A DNA stretch of 44,330 nt from a phage: sequence record PZ527900.1. One strand, written 5' to 3'. The first letter of the stretch is position 1, and each line of letters starts with the position of its first letter. The notes below the pieces were generated by a model, which was not told the origin of the DNA, did no database searches, and was given only the letters and a program-made list of their open reading frames with translations. This document shows positions 17,885-28,920 of the stretch, piece by piece. The position numbers were made by a program, and so were the translations under genes.

Positions 17885-18622
17885 ATGCCTGTAATTAAAC
17901 AAACCAGTAAAGTCGGATCCCTGATGGAAGATGTGGCATTCCAGATTATTGATAGTAAACTTGAAGCGGTCAACTTGTGTATGCGAGCTATTGGTCGTGA
18001 GGGTGTGGATTCTCTCGACTCAGGCGATCTTGATGCAGAAGATGCAAGTAAGATGATTGATATTGTGTCCCAGAGATTTCAATATAATAAGGGTGGTGGT
18101 TGGTGGTTCAATCGCGAACCTAACTGGCAGCTTGCACCGGACACCAACGGCGAGGTGAACCTGCCCAATAATTGCCTTGCTGTGTTGCAGTGCTATGCTT
18201 TAGGTGAGAAGAAAGTACCTATGACTATGCGAGCAGGTAAGCTCTACTCTACATGGAGTCACACCTTTGATATGCGTAAGCATGTTAATGCCAATGGTAT
18301 GTTGCGTCTTACCTTACTTACCTTACTCCCGTATGAGCACCTACCAACCAGTGTGATGCAGGCAATTGCGTATCAGGCTGCTGTAGAGTTTATTGTGTCT
18401 AAGGATGCAGATAAGACTAAGCTGGCTACTGCACAGCAAATTGCTACGCAACTCCTTATGGATGTGCAATCAGAACAAATGTCGCAGAAGCGATTGAACA
18501 TGCTTGTACATAACCCCACCCAACGCCAGTTTGGTATCATGGCTGGTGGTTCACAGAATGTACCTGCTTACTCTCATTCACCTTATGACAGTTGGACACT
18601 TCGTCCGTGGGAGGACCGTTAA
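17885..18622 (+). CDS. tail tubular protein A (T7 gp11-like)
   Basis: TAGGAGGA RBS; AVNLCMRAIGREGVDSLD and GGGWWFN correspond to T7 gp11 segments as recalled. Confidence 0.85.
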   Translation: MPVIKQTSKVGSLMEDVAFQIIDSKLEAVNLCMRAIGREGVDSLDSGDLDAEDASKMIDIVSQRFQYNKGGGWWFNREPNWQLAPDTNGEVNLPNNCLAVLQCYALGEKKVPMTMRAGKLYSTWSHTFDMRKHVNANGMLRLTLLTLLPYEHLPTSVMQAIAYQAAVEFIVSKDADKTKLATAQQIATQLLMDVQSEQMSQKRLNMLVHNPTQRQFGIMAGGSQNVPAYSHSPYDSWTLRPWEDR

Positions 18623-21024
18623 TGGAAGTACAAGGTTCATTAGGCAGACAAATTCAAGGTATAAGCCAGCAACCACCAGCAGTGCGTTTGGATGGACAGT
18701 GCACATCCATGGTTAATATGGTACCTGATGTAGTAAATGGTACACAATCACGCATGGGTACAACTCATATTGCAAAGCTACTTGATGCAGGCACGGATGA
18801 TATGGCTACTCATCATTATCGCAGAGGTGATGGTGATGAAGAGTACTTCTTCACGTTAAAGAAGGGGCAGGTGCCTGAGATATTTGATAAGCGTGGGCGC
18901 AAGTGTAATGTTACCTCACAAGATGCACCTATGACTTATTTGTCTGAGGTGGTAAACCCAAGAGAAGATGTTCAATTCATGACGATAGCTGATGTTACTT
19001 TCATGCTTAACCGTAGGAAAGTAGTTAAAGCTAGTGACAGAAAGTCACCTAAAGTTGGAAACAAAGCCATTGTGTTTTGTGCATATGGTCAGTATGGTAC
19101 ATCTTATTCCATTGTAATTAATGGTGCCAACGCTGCTAGTTTTAAAACACCAGATGGTGGAAGTGCAGAACAGGTTGAACAAATTCGAACGGAACATATC
19201 ACTTCGGAATTGTATTCTAAGTTGCAGCAATGGAGTGGTGTGGGTGACTATGAGATACAAAGAGATGGTACTAGTATATTTATCGAGAGACGGGATGGCA
19301 CCAGCTTTACAATAACAACTACCGATGGTGCAAAAGGGAAAGACTTAGTGGCTATCAAGAATAAGGTCAGCTCTACCGACCTCCTTCCTTCTCGTGCACC
19401 TGAAGGCTATAAAGTACAAGTGTGGCCTACTGGAAGTAAGCCTGAGGCCCGTTACTGGCTACAAGCTGAGCCTAAAGAGGGAAACCTCGTATCTTGGCAA
19501 GAGACAGTAGCTGCGGATGTCTTACTCGGTTTTGATAAAGGCACAATGCCTTACATCATTGAACGGACAGGTATCATTGATGGCATAGCTCAATTCAAGA
19601 TAAGACAAGGGGATTGGGAAGATCGTAAAGTAGGGGATGACCTGACTAACCCTATGCCATCCTTTATTGATGAGGAAGTACCTCAGACAATCGGTGGGAT
19701 GTTCATGGTGCAGAACCGCTTATGCTTTACAGCAGGTGAGGCTGTTATTGCATCTCGTACTTCCTACTTCTTTGACTTCTTTCGTTACACAGTTATCTCA
19801 GCTTTAGCCACCGACCCTTTCGATATTTTCTCCGATGCGAGTGAGGTTTACCAATTAAAGCACGCAGTGACGCTGGATGGTGCTACTGTGCTGTTCTCTG
19901 ACAAATCACAATTCATCTTGCCGGGAGATAAGCCACTAGAGAAATCCAATGCTTTACTAAAACCTGTAACTACCTTTGAAGTGAACAATAAGGTTAGGCC
20001 AGTTGCCACTGGTGAATCTGTGATGTTCGCCACAAATGATGGTGCATACTCTGGTGTACGAGAGTTTTATACCGATTCTTATAGTGACACTAAGAAGGCA
20101 CAGGCGATAACTAGTCACGTGAACAAGCTCATCGAAGGTAATATCATAGGTATGGAAGCTAGTACCAATGTTAACCGCTTGCTTGTTACTACAGATAAGT
20201 ACCGTAACATAATCTACTGCTATGATTGGTTATGGCAAGGCACAGACCGTGTTCAATCAGCGTGGCATGTGTGGGAGTGGCCTTTGGGTACAAAGGTACG
20301 AGGAACGTTTTATTCCGGTGAATTGCTTTACCTGCTTCTTGAACGAGGTGATGGCGTCTATCTAGAGAAGATGGATATGGGTGATGCCTTAACATATGGA
20401 CTAAATGACCGTATCCGTATGGACAGGCAAGCAGAGTTAATATTCCGTCATTTCAAAGAGGAGGATGAGTGGGTGTCTGAACCTCTTCCTTGGAAACCAA
20501 CTAATCCAGAGTTACTGGATTGCATCTTAATAGATGGGTGGGATTCCTATAAAGGTGGCTCGTTCTTATTCAGGTACAACCCTGGAGATAACACTCTCAC
20601 CACTACCTTTGATATGCATGATGAGAGTCACGTAAAAGCAAAGGTTATTGTGGGACAGATTTATCCTCAGGAATTTGAACCTACACCTGTTGTTATCAGA
20701 GATAATCAAGAGCGAGTATCGTATATTGATGTTCCGGTGGTAGGCTTGGTTCATCTTAATCTTGATATGTACCCAGACTTCTCGGTAGAAGTTAAGAATG
20801 TTAAGAGTGGTAAAGTGCGCAAAGTATTGGCGTCAAACCGTATAGGCGGTGCTCTCAACAATACAGTAGGTTATGTTGAACCGAGAGAAGGTGTCTTCAG
20901 GTTTCCACTGAGAGCCAAGAGTACGGATGTTACTTGTCGTATTATTGTAGAGTCACCCCACACATTCCAGCTTCGTGATATTGAATGGGAAGGAAGTTAC
21001 AATCCAACAAGAAGGGGGGTATAA
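18622..21024 (+). CDS. tail tubular protein B (T7 gp12-like)
   Basis: N-terminal GISQQP, ADVTFMLNRRKVV and C-terminal WEGSYNPTRRG match T7 gp12 landmarks; ATG overlaps the previous stop. Confidence 0.9.
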   Translation: MEVQGSLGRQIQGISQQPPAVRLDGQCTSMVNMVPDVVNGTQSRMGTTHIAKLLDAGTDDMATHHYRRGDGDEEYFFTLKKGQVPEIFDKRGRKCNVTSQDAPMTYLSEVVNPREDVQFMTIADVTFMLNRRKVVKASDRKSPKVGNKAIVFCAYGQYGTSYSIVINGANAASFKTPDGGSAEQVEQIRTEHITSELYSKLQQWSGVGDYEIQRDGTSIFIERRDGTSFTITTTDGAKGKDLVAIKNKVSSTDLLPSRAPEGYKVQVWPTGSKPEARYWLQAEPKEGNLVSWQETVAADVLLGFDKGTMPYIIERTGIIDGIAQFKIRQGDWEDRKVGDDLTNPMPSFIDEEVPQTIGGMFMVQNRLCFTAGEAVIASRTSYFFDFFRYTVISALATDPFDIFSDASEVYQLKHAVTLDGATVLFSDKSQFILPGDKPLEKSNALLKPVTTFEVNNKVRPVATGESVMFATNDGAYSGVREFYTDSYSDTKKAQAITSHVNKLIEGNIIGMEASTNVNRLLVTTDKYRNIIYCYDWLWQGTDRVQSAWHVWEWPLGTKVRGTFYSGELLYLLLERGDGVYLEKMDMGDALTYGLNDRIRMDRQAELIFRHFKEEDEWVSEPLPWKPTNPELLDCILIDGWDSYKGGSFLFRYNPGDNTLTTTFDMHDESHVKAKVIVGQIYPQEFEPTPVVIRDNQERVSYIDVPVVGLVHLNLDMYPDFSVEVKNVKSGKVRKVLASNRIGGALNNTVGYVEPREGVFRFPLRAKSTDVTCRIIVESPHTFQLRDIEWEGSYNPTRRGV

Positions 21025-21752
21025 TGGCTATAGGCTCAGCTGTTATGGCTGGTATGTCTTCTATTGGTAGTATGTTTGCAGGTAGCGGTGCAGCAGCCAC
21101 TGCTGGTGGTGCTGCCGCAACAGCAGGTGGTGGAGGTATGCTAGGTTCACTTGGCGGATTCTTAAGCGGCTCCACTGGTGGCTTCTCTAATGCTGGCCTT
21201 CTTGGTGCTGGTCTTCAAGGGTTAGGCTTAATTGGAGATTTCTTTGGTGGAAGTGATGAAGCCAAGGCTATGAAGAAGGCACAAAAGGAGCAATGGCGGC
21301 AGCAACTTATTGCTACACAAGAGGCATACAAGACAGTAGCAGATGCAGAGCGCTCTGCTGCTAAACAGTATCATGCAGATGCAATAAGCAATCAGGCTTC
21401 ACTGCTTCAGCAGCGAGCACAGGTTGCATTACTTGCTGGCGCTACTGGTACTGGTGGTAACTCTGTATCTTCTATGCTGAATGACTTAGCAGCAGAAGGC
21501 GGGAGAAACCAGAGTACAATTATTGATAACTATGAGAATCAGAAAATTAATTTCACCAATCAGCTTAAGTCTATTCAACGTGGTGGACAGATGCAGATGC
21601 GTGAGTTTAAGAAGCCTTCTGCCGTAAGTACCTTGGTTCAAGGTATTCCAAGTCTGGCCTCTGCCTATGTAACTGGTAGTAAGTCTGGCATGGCTTTAGG
21701 TAAAGCTCTAACTGATTCTCGTACATATTCATCTGGAACAAGGGGTATTTAA
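21024..21752 (+). CDS. internal virion protein (Gly-rich N-terminus)
   Basis: Position after tail tube B; Gly/Ala-rich N-terminus typical of ejected core proteins. Confidence 0.65.
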   Translation: MAIGSAVMAGMSSIGSMFAGSGAAATAGGAAATAGGGGMLGSLGGFLSGSTGGFSNAGLLGAGLQGLGLIGDFFGGSDEAKAMKKAQKEQWRQQLIATQEAYKTVADAERSAAKQYHADAISNQASLLQQRAQVALLAGATGTGGNSVSSMLNDLAAEGGRNQSTIIDNYENQKINFTNQLKSIQRGGQMQMREFKKPSAVSTLVQGIPSLASAYVTGSKSGMALGKALTDSRTYSSGTRGI

Positions 21753-24700
21753 TGGCAATTGAGCGGCAAGCAGTACAAGGTCTGCCACAAGTGCAGGCCA
21801 CTTCTCCTAATGTCATGACCTTTGCACCTCAGCGAGTTGGAGGTGTGGAGGCTGGCGTGGCTTCTACCTCCGGTAGTCGATTTATCGAAGATCTTATTCG
21901 AGCAGCGAGTAGTGTAGCTGATGTTACTACTGGTATCCTTAATCAGAAGATTGAGGAAGATAAGGTTGTTCAAATGGAACGGGCATATAATGGATTGATG
22001 CCTTCTGAGGATGCAACTCGTGGTGGCGCTCGTGCTAACATGCTTGTCAAAGCTCAACTGCTAGCTAATGATGAAGCAGCACGAATGAAAGACATGGCTA
22101 CTCGTTTCCAAGGAACGGATGACGAGTGGACACAACTCATGGTAGACTCTCGTAATGATATGCAGAACAAGCTGTTCCAGCAATACCCTGAGTTGCAAGG
22201 TGACAAAGATACAATGCGTATGGTCACTAACGTATTCCAAGAGCAGCAGCCTCAGATTTGGGCTACACGAACCCAGCATAAACTTGAACGGGAACAAGCT
22301 GATCGTGAAGATACCTTTGATGGAAGAGTGGCATCCACTTGGGATTCTAACCTTGACCCAGAAGCATCCGGTTATGCACTACAAGAGCGTATTCGTGAAG
22401 GTCTAACTCAAGGGTTATTGCCAGAGCAGATGCACAAGAAGTTAGTAGATAGGGCTATTTCTCTTGCACAAAGCGGTGATATCAGCATGGCTAAAGCCTT
22501 GAAGTATGTTAAGGATGACAAGGGTGTTTCTGTGTATGCGAAGAATCCGCAGCTTATCACAGCTATCACTAATGGTAATGCAGCTTGGGCTAGAAATAAT
22601 GTAGCTGATGTAACTCGTATGTCTTTCGAAGTTAAAGAGTCCTACCTTGCAGGTGATTTAACTGATGAAGAATTACTGGAGCGAGCACAACATATTAATA
22701 GTCTGACAGGTAACTCTGTGTTCTCTAACTCAGAACTTGAAGGGTTAATGCGCCAACGAGCGAAGCAGAATGCAGAGCTAGGTGCAATGCAAGATATGCG
22801 CCGTGAACTTTACTCGGACCGTATGATTGGTCTTCAAGGTAAATCGGATAAAGAAAAGAAAGCATATGTTGATCTTATCAAGCAAGACAGTCAACTCTAT
22901 GCAGACCAGCAGATTAAACAGCGGGGTCTTGACCCTTACAGCCAAGAAGCTGAAGCTATTCGTGGTGCTATAGAAGTTCAACGCCTCCAGTTTATGAACT
23001 CCAAAGGCTTAGTGGATGACACTTTTGAGTCTCGTATCAAAGCTATGGAATCCATGCTATCACCTGAGCACTTTGCTAAAGGTGAACCACAAGAGTTAAT
23101 GACTATTCGTCAATTGTGGGAGCAGTTACCAGAAGAGAGCCGAGGTGTCTTTGGTGACACAGTTAATGGCTATATGGATAACTACAACACTGCATTGCAG
23201 ATGGGTGAGACACCTTTGCAGGCTGCAAGGTTTGCCCGTGAAGCACAGCAGAAGTTCTCCCGTACTGAGAAAGAAACTAAGAAGTTCAACGCAGCTATTG
23301 GAGACGCCTTGGATACCGTGTCCGGTGCTGGGTGGTTTGATGGTAAGAAAGAGGTGTCTGACTTAGGTAAAGCTATTGCAGAAGAAGAATTACGAGCTAA
23401 GGCCAACATGTTGTGGTCCAGTGGTATGCGTAACATGGATTCCCTCAAGAAGGCTTTAATTACTTGGGGGAATAAACGCTACACTCAATCAGAGGATGCA
23501 AAGATCTCCGGTGGGTATTTTATCAAAGGTGATTATACCTCTGCATCTGATATGCTTATGTCCGTTGGGAAAGGGGTAAACCCTACTGATGTACCACTGG
23601 CTCTTGGTCGGTATGTAGAAGAACAGATGCCAGAGTTGAAGAAGGAACTTCAAGAGTGGGAGACTAAGAAGGACGTGTACATTGATTATAATGAACAGAA
23701 AGGCACTTTCGTAATTCGTGCTGGTGCCGCAGGTCGGCCTCTTTCTGGGGTAATCCCTATAACCTCCTTGGACACCACTTCCTTGTTGGATTCTGCTTAC
23801 AAGAAGAAAGTAGAAGAACGAGATAAAGGTGAATATGTACATCCATATCGTACAGATATTGGCACACAAGAGCCTATGCCTGCTAAACCAACTGCCAAAG
23901 ATATTGGTAAGTTTGGACTAGCTAACTTCCTCATGTCTTCTGCTTTCGCCTCTGGTGAGAGTCTCCCTTCTAACTTCGAAATTAACTATCGAGGAAATAT
24001 GCAACAATTCTATGATAAATTGGCTATGGATGAGAATAAAGACAAAGTTGGCTTTAATAGTGCAACTGGTACTTTTACTCCATACAAAGATGCTCACGGG
24101 GAATCTATCGGCTACGGTCATTTCTTGACGGAGGAAGAGAAGCGGAACGGGTACATTAAGATAGGAGATGAACTAGTCCCATATCGAGGGTCTATGTCTC
24201 AGCTTACAGAGAGCAAAGCTCGTGCTCTTATGGAGCAAGATGCTAAGAAGCATGTGCCCCCTACTCGTGACTGGAAGATTCCGTTTGACCAGATGCACCC
24301 TGCACAGCAACGTGGCTTGATGGATTTAACCTACAATTTAGGTAAGGGTGGAATCCAGAACTCACCGCGTGCTCTTGCTGCATTCAAAGCTGGTAAACTT
24401 ACGGAAGGTTTTATCGAAATGCTGGGCACTGCATCAAGTGAAGGTAAGCGTATTCCGGGCCTACTGAAGCGACGAGCCGAGGCTTACAACATGGCATCTG
24501 CTGGTGGTGTACCAAAGATTACCGAAGTAGAGACTCGTGAGGATGGTTCTATGTGGGTTAAGTTTGGTGGACCCATGCCAGCAGGCTCTGTCTCTGCGTG
24601 GACTCATAAACGTATTGGTGCGGATGGTTGGTATCAGGTTTATGAGGCTGCACCTACTAAGCTGGCTAAAGGTGCCAAAGTAGGTAAAGTTAAGTTGTAG
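21752..24700 (+). CDS. internal virion protein with lysozyme-like segment
   Basis: 982 aa; C-terminal PYKDAHGESIGYGHFLT resembles the T4 lysozyme YKDTEGYYTIGIGHLLT region. Confidence 0.8.
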   Translation: MAIERQAVQGLPQVQATSPNVMTFAPQRVGGVEAGVASTSGSRFIEDLIRAASSVADVTTGILNQKIEEDKVVQMERAYNGLMPSEDATRGGARANMLVKAQLLANDEAARMKDMATRFQGTDDEWTQLMVDSRNDMQNKLFQQYPELQGDKDTMRMVTNVFQEQQPQIWATRTQHKLEREQADREDTFDGRVASTWDSNLDPEASGYALQERIREGLTQGLLPEQMHKKLVDRAISLAQSGDISMAKALKYVKDDKGVSVYAKNPQLITAITNGNAAWARNNVADVTRMSFEVKESYLAGDLTDEELLERAQHINSLTGNSVFSNSELEGLMRQRAKQNAELGAMQDMRRELYSDRMIGLQGKSDKEKKAYVDLIKQDSQLYADQQIKQRGLDPYSQEAEAIRGAIEVQRLQFMNSKGLVDDTFESRIKAMESMLSPEHFAKGEPQELMTIRQLWEQLPEESRGVFGDTVNGYMDNYNTALQMGETPLQAARFAREAQQKFSRTEKETKKFNAAIGDALDTVSGAGWFDGKKEVSDLGKAIAEEELRAKANMLWSSGMRNMDSLKKALITWGNKRYTQSEDAKISGGYFIKGDYTSASDMLMSVGKGVNPTDVPLALGRYVEEQMPELKKELQEWETKKDVYIDYNEQKGTFVIRAGAAGRPLSGVIPITSLDTTSLLDSAYKKKVEERDKGEYVHPYRTDIGTQEPMPAKPTAKDIGKFGLANFLMSSAFASGESLPSNFEINYRGNMQQFYDKLAMDENKDKVGFNSATGTFTPYKDAHGESIGYGHFLTEEEKRNGYIKIGDELVPYRGSMSQLTESKARALMEQDAKKHVPPTRDWKIPFDQMHPAQQRGLMDLTYNLGKGGIQNSPRALAAFKAGKLTEGFIEMLGTASSEGKRIPGLLKRRAEAYNMASAGGVPKITEVETREDGSMWVKFGGPMPAGSVSAWTHKRIGADGWYQVYEAAPTKLAKGAKVGKVKL

Positions 24701-24717
24701 TACCTAACTCAAGGCTT

Positions 24718-24733
24718 GTCTCACATGTGAGAC
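24718..24733. repeat. 16-bp palindrome GTCTCACATGTGAGAC (copy 3 of 6)
   Basis: Perfect palindrome; extended stem GGCTTGTCTCACATGTGAGACAGGTC followed by TTTAT. Confidence 0.8.
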
Positions 24734-24764
24734 AGGTCTTTATGATAGGCACTATGGAGGAACT

Positions 24765-27700
24765 ATGGAACAAGATATTAAAAATAATTGGGCTGGTTAT
24801 GTCCAGTCCACTCCTGAGCCGTTTTCTATTGAGGCGGCTCCGGTATCGGCTCCTACGATACGCCAGCGTAATGAGTTACAAGAGCAAGTTCTTGAAGCTA
24901 AAGCTGACGCGGACATCCTAGGGGCTGTGGGTGCTGCCTTCCAGAATGAGTGGCTGGCATTTGGAGGCAAGCGGTGGTATGACCGTGCCACCGCAGATTT
25001 CACACCTCAACCTGATTTTGAAATCCAGCCAGATAGACGTGAAGCACTTCGCTTCAAATATGGTACGGATATGATGCAGAAAATCACAGATGGTGTTCGC
25101 TCTGAGGATGAATTAAACTTCCGTATTCAGAATGCAGATGAAGACCTTGAGCGCAATAAACGTATTGCTCAGGCAGGCTGGGCGGGGTCTGTGGCAACGA
25201 TTGGCGCCGCTGTGCTTGACCCTGTTGGCTGGGTTGCCTCTATCCCAACTGGTGGTGCAGCTAAGGTGGGGCTTGTAGGACGTGCTGTTCGTGGTGCCAT
25301 TGCTGCTGGTGTGAGCAATGCCGCTATTGAATCCGTATTGGTACAAGGTGACATGACCCGTGATTTAGATGACATTATGGTAGCACTAGGCTCCGGTATG
25401 GCGATGGGTGGTGTTATTGGCGCTGTGGCACGTGGTAGGGCTACTAAACTCAGCGAGCAAGGCGACGATACGGCTGCTAGTGTTGTGCGAAGTGCAGACG
25501 CTGGGGACCGATATGTACGTGCCGTTGCCGATGACAGCATCGGTGCAATGCGTGTTAAGGGAGAAGAGGTGCTCACTGAGGGTGCATTTGATGTATCCAG
25601 TAAAGGTGAAGACTTGTTAAAAACATTGCAGCGAGAGGGTAATGCGATTGACATGACACCGCGCCGATGGGCCGGAACTATGTCTGCCCTTGGGACTGTC
25701 GTGCATTCCTCGCAGGATGCTAGTGTACGTGGCCTAGGTGCTCGCCTATTTGAATCACCACAAGGCTTAGGTATGCAGAAAGCATCTGCTAGTCTAATGC
25801 AGAATACCAACTTGAACCGTTTAAAGTCTGCTGATATGAACCGTTTTAATGATGGATTTGACTTATGGCTCAAAGAGAACAACATCAATCCGGTTGCAGG
25901 GCACACTAACTCTCACTATGTGCAGCAATACAATGAGCAGGTATGGGAGGCTGTTCGTATTGGCATGGATGAGTCCACACCTGAATCCATCCGCATGGCA
26001 GCTGAGGGGCAGCAGACTATGTACAGAGAAGCACTGGCTTTACGTCAACGCTCTGGTGAAGCTGGCTTTGAAAAGGTCAAGGCTGACAACAAGTATATGC
26101 CTGATATATTTGATAGTATGAAAGCCAGACGTCAGTTCGATATGCACGATAAAGAAGATATAATCGAACTCTTCTCTCGTGCCTATCAAAATGGTGCTCG
26201 TAAGATTCCAAAAGAAGCAGCAGATGAGATCGCACGAGCACAAGTGAATCGTGTTGCTGATGCTACCTTAACTGGAAGGCTTAGTTTTGAAAGGGCTATG
26301 TCCGGTCAGACTAAGGCGGAGTATGAAGCTATCATGCGTAAGGCTGGCTTTAGCGATGAAGAGATTGAAAAGATGGTAGAAGCTCTGGATAACAAAGAAA
26401 CCAGAGATAATATCTCTAATCGCGCTAAGATGAGTCTAGGGTTAGATGTTACTCAAGAATATAATGGTATTCGTATGCGTGACTTCATGAATACCAACGT
26501 AGAGGAGTTAACTGATAACTACATGAAGGAGGCAGCAGGTGGTGCTGCATTGGCTCGCCAAGGGTTCTCTACCTACCAGGCTGCACTTAATGCAATTGAC
26601 CTTGTTGAGCGAAATGCGCGTAACGCAGCTAAGAGCAGTAAAGAGAGTTTGGCGTTAGACGAAGAGATTCGTCAGATGCGAGAAGGTCTTCGCTTGATTA
26701 TGGGTAAATCTATTGATGCAGACCCACAAGCCCTGTCTACTAAGATGATGCGGCGTGGGCGCGACATTACAGGTGTGCTTCGCTTAGGGCAGATGGGGTT
26801 TGCACAGTTAGGTGAACTTGCTAACTTCATGGGTGAGTTTGGTATTGCTGCAACCACAATGGCTTTAGGTAAGCAATTTCGCTTTACCTCTAAGGCATTA
26901 CGCAATGGCGATGGCTTCTTCCGAGACAAGAACTTAGCAGAAGTAGAGCGAATGGTTGGCTATATTGGTGAGGACAACTGGCTGACAACGAAGGGAGCAC
27001 GTCCAGATGAGTTCGGTGACGTGACAACCATTCGTGGTGCTATGGCTCACTTTGACCAATCGATGAACTCAATTCGTCGTGCTCAGACCAACCTGTCCCT
27101 CTTCCGCATGGCTCAGGGTTCTCTGGAACGAATGACCAATAGGCAAATAGCCTTGTCTTTCATCGACCACCTTGAAGGTAAGAAGATTATCCCTCAGAAG
27201 AAACTGGAGGAGCTTGGTCTTACTCAGGAGTTCATGAGCCGTCTACAGAAACACTATGATGCTAACTCTAAAGGCTCAGGGTTGCTTGGCTTTGATACAA
27301 TGCCTTATGCCATGGGTGAGACTCTAGCTAATGCTATTCGTCGTAAGTCAGGTCTAATCATTCAACGTAACTTCATTGGTGATGAAGGTATCTGGATGAA
27401 CAAAGCCCTAGGCAAGACCTTTGCACAGCTTAAGTCCTTCTCTTTGGTGTCTGGTGAGAAGCAATTCGGTCGAGGCATTCGCCACGATAAGATTGGCCTA
27501 GCTAAGAAGACAGCCTTTGGCTTTGCTTTAGGTTCAATCGTGTATGCAGCGAAAGCCTACGTGAACTCTATTGGGAGAGAAGACCAAGATGAATATCTGG
27601 AAGAGAAGTTATCGCCTAAAGGGTTAGCCTTTGGTGCGATGGGTGTAATGAGTACAACTGCTGTATTTAGTCTAGGCGGAGATTTCTTAGGTGGCCTAGG

Positions 27701-27950
27701 TGTTCTGCCTTCCGAACTCATTCAATCACGTTATGAAGCAGGCTTCCAAAGTAAAGGTCTGATTGACCAAATACCTCTGGTTGGCGTTGGTGCAGATGCA
27801 GTAAATCTGGCTAACTCAATCAAGAAGTATGCAGAAGGTGACACAGAGGGTGTAGATGTAGCTAGGCGAGCACTTCGTCTTGTGCCACTGACTAATGTAA
27901 TAGGTGTCCAAAACGCATTGCGTTATGGCTTAGATGAACTGGAGGATTGA
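24765..27950 (+). CDS. internal virion protein (large ejection/core protein, gp16-like position)
   Basis: 1061 aa; GGAGG RBS; last of three large genes between tail tube B and the adaptor. Confidence 0.8.
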   Translation: MEQDIKNNWAGYVQSTPEPFSIEAAPVSAPTIRQRNELQEQVLEAKADADILGAVGAAFQNEWLAFGGKRWYDRATADFTPQPDFEIQPDRREALRFKYGTDMMQKITDGVRSEDELNFRIQNADEDLERNKRIAQAGWAGSVATIGAAVLDPVGWVASIPTGGAAKVGLVGRAVRGAIAAGVSNAAIESVLVQGDMTRDLDDIMVALGSGMAMGGVIGAVARGRATKLSEQGDDTAASVVRSADAGDRYVRAVADDSIGAMRVKGEEVLTEGAFDVSSKGEDLLKTLQREGNAIDMTPRRWAGTMSALGTVVHSSQDASVRGLGARLFESPQGLGMQKASASLMQNTNLNRLKSADMNRFNDGFDLWLKENNINPVAGHTNSHYVQQYNEQVWEAVRIGMDESTPESIRMAAEGQQTMYREALALRQRSGEAGFEKVKADNKYMPDIFDSMKARRQFDMHDKEDIIELFSRAYQNGARKIPKEAADEIARAQVNRVADATLTGRLSFERAMSGQTKAEYEAIMRKAGFSDEEIEKMVEALDNKETRDNISNRAKMSLGLDVTQEYNGIRMRDFMNTNVEELTDNYMKEAAGGAALARQGFSTYQAALNAIDLVERNARNAAKSSKESLALDEEIRQMREGLRLIMGKSIDADPQALSTKMMRRGRDITGVLRLGQMGFAQLGELANFMGEFGIAATTMALGKQFRFTSKALRNGDGFFRDKNLAEVERMVGYIGEDNWLTTKGARPDEFGDVTTIRGAMAHFDQSMNSIRRAQTNLSLFRMAQGSLERMTNRQIALSFIDHLEGKKIIPQKKLEELGLTQEFMSRLQKHYDANSKGSGLLGFDTMPYAMGETLANAIRRKSGLIIQRNFIGDEGIWMNKALGKTFAQLKSFSLVSGEKQFGRGIRHDKIGLAKKTAFGFALGSIVYAAKAYVNSIGREDQDEYLEEKLSPKGLAFGAMGVMSTTAVFSLGGDFLGGLGVLPSELIQSRYEAGFQSKGLIDQIPLVGVGADAVNLANSIKKYAEGDTEGVDVARRALRLVPLTNVIGVQNALRYGLDELED

Positions 27951-28912
27951 TGAGTTATACTTTCACAGAACATACAGCCGACGGCACGCAAGTCACCTAT
28001 CCCTTTAGCTTTGCTGGTAGGGATAAAGGTTATCTTCGTGCCTCAGATGTGATAGTGGAATTTCTCCAAGCGGGGGCTTGGACAGAAGTAACATCTGGTT
28101 GGCAACTATCTGGTACACACCAGATTACTTTTGATGTGGCACCAGTCGAGGGTTTGAAGTTCCGTATTCGAAGAGAAGTACAAAAGGAATATCCATATGC
28201 AGAGTTTGACCGTGGTGTTGCTCTGGATATGAAGTCCTTGAATGGCTCCTTTATTCACATTCTAGAGATCACCCAAGAGATTCTAGATGGGTTTTATCCA
28301 GAAGGTTACTTCGTTAAGCAGAATGTATCATGGGGTGGTAATAAAATTACAAACCTTGCAGACGGCACAGAGCCTAATGATGCAGTAAATAAGGGACAGC
28401 TTGATGCCATTGATAAGAAGCATACAGACTGGAATAACCAGCAAGACTTAGCTATTGCAGGCATCAAGGCAGGTTTAACTTCAGGTGTTGCACATCGCAC
28501 AGTACCTTGGTTTACTACAGCGGCTGGTGGCGAGACTGTGATTCGCCCACCTTATATCTTTGATGATGCACTAGTTTATCTGAATGGAGTCTTGCAGCAC
28601 GAATTAGCCAAGGCTGTTACTGTGGCTAATAGTACAATTACTTTTGCAGAACCACTAGTGCGTGGTACAGAAGTGTACGTGCTTATTGGTAGTCGTACTG
28701 CAACATCTGCACCAAACGCCTTCATTGAGTTTAATAAAGACCTAGAAGAGGGCACACGGGAAGTAAACCTTGGCGTGGCATTTAAGCATATTGATGTGTA
28801 CCTTGATGGCTTGTTTCAGCCTATGTCTACATATCAAATTAATGGCAGTGTAATCACTTTCTCGGAGGGTGTACCTGCTTGCCACATGTCTGTTAATGTG
28901 ATTACTGCATAG
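27950..28912 (+). CDS. tailspike adaptor protein (T7 gp17 N-terminal-domain homologue)
   Basis: YPFSFAGRDKGYLRASDV and NKITNLADGTEPNDAVNKGQL parallel the T7 gp17 N-terminus (FNIPFEYLAR, RRIVNLANAVDDRDAVPFGQL); ATG overlaps the upstream stop. Confidence 0.85.
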   Translation: MSYTFTEHTADGTQVTYPFSFAGRDKGYLRASDVIVEFLQAGAWTEVTSGWQLSGTHQITFDVAPVEGLKFRIRREVQKEYPYAEFDRGVALDMKSLNGSFIHILEITQEILDGFYPEGYFVKQNVSWGGNKITNLADGTEPNDAVNKGQLDAIDKKHTDWNNQQDLAIAGIKAGLTSGVAHRTVPWFTTAAGGETVIRPPYIFDDALVYLNGVLQHELAKAVTVANSTITFAEPLVRGTEVYVLIGSRTATSAPNAFIEFNKDLEEGTREVNLGVAFKHIDVYLDGLFQPMSTYQINGSVITFSEGVPACHMSVNVITA

Positions 28913-28920
28913 GAGGTGCA

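Noticed and set aside
25169-25906. 245-aa ORF on the minus strand, with other minus-strand ORFs at 15817-16431, 7888-8496, 16829-17395, 40041-40574 and 30391-30876
   Set aside because: All lie entirely inside well-supported plus-strand genes, lack RBSs, and T7-like genomes are transcribed from one strand only.
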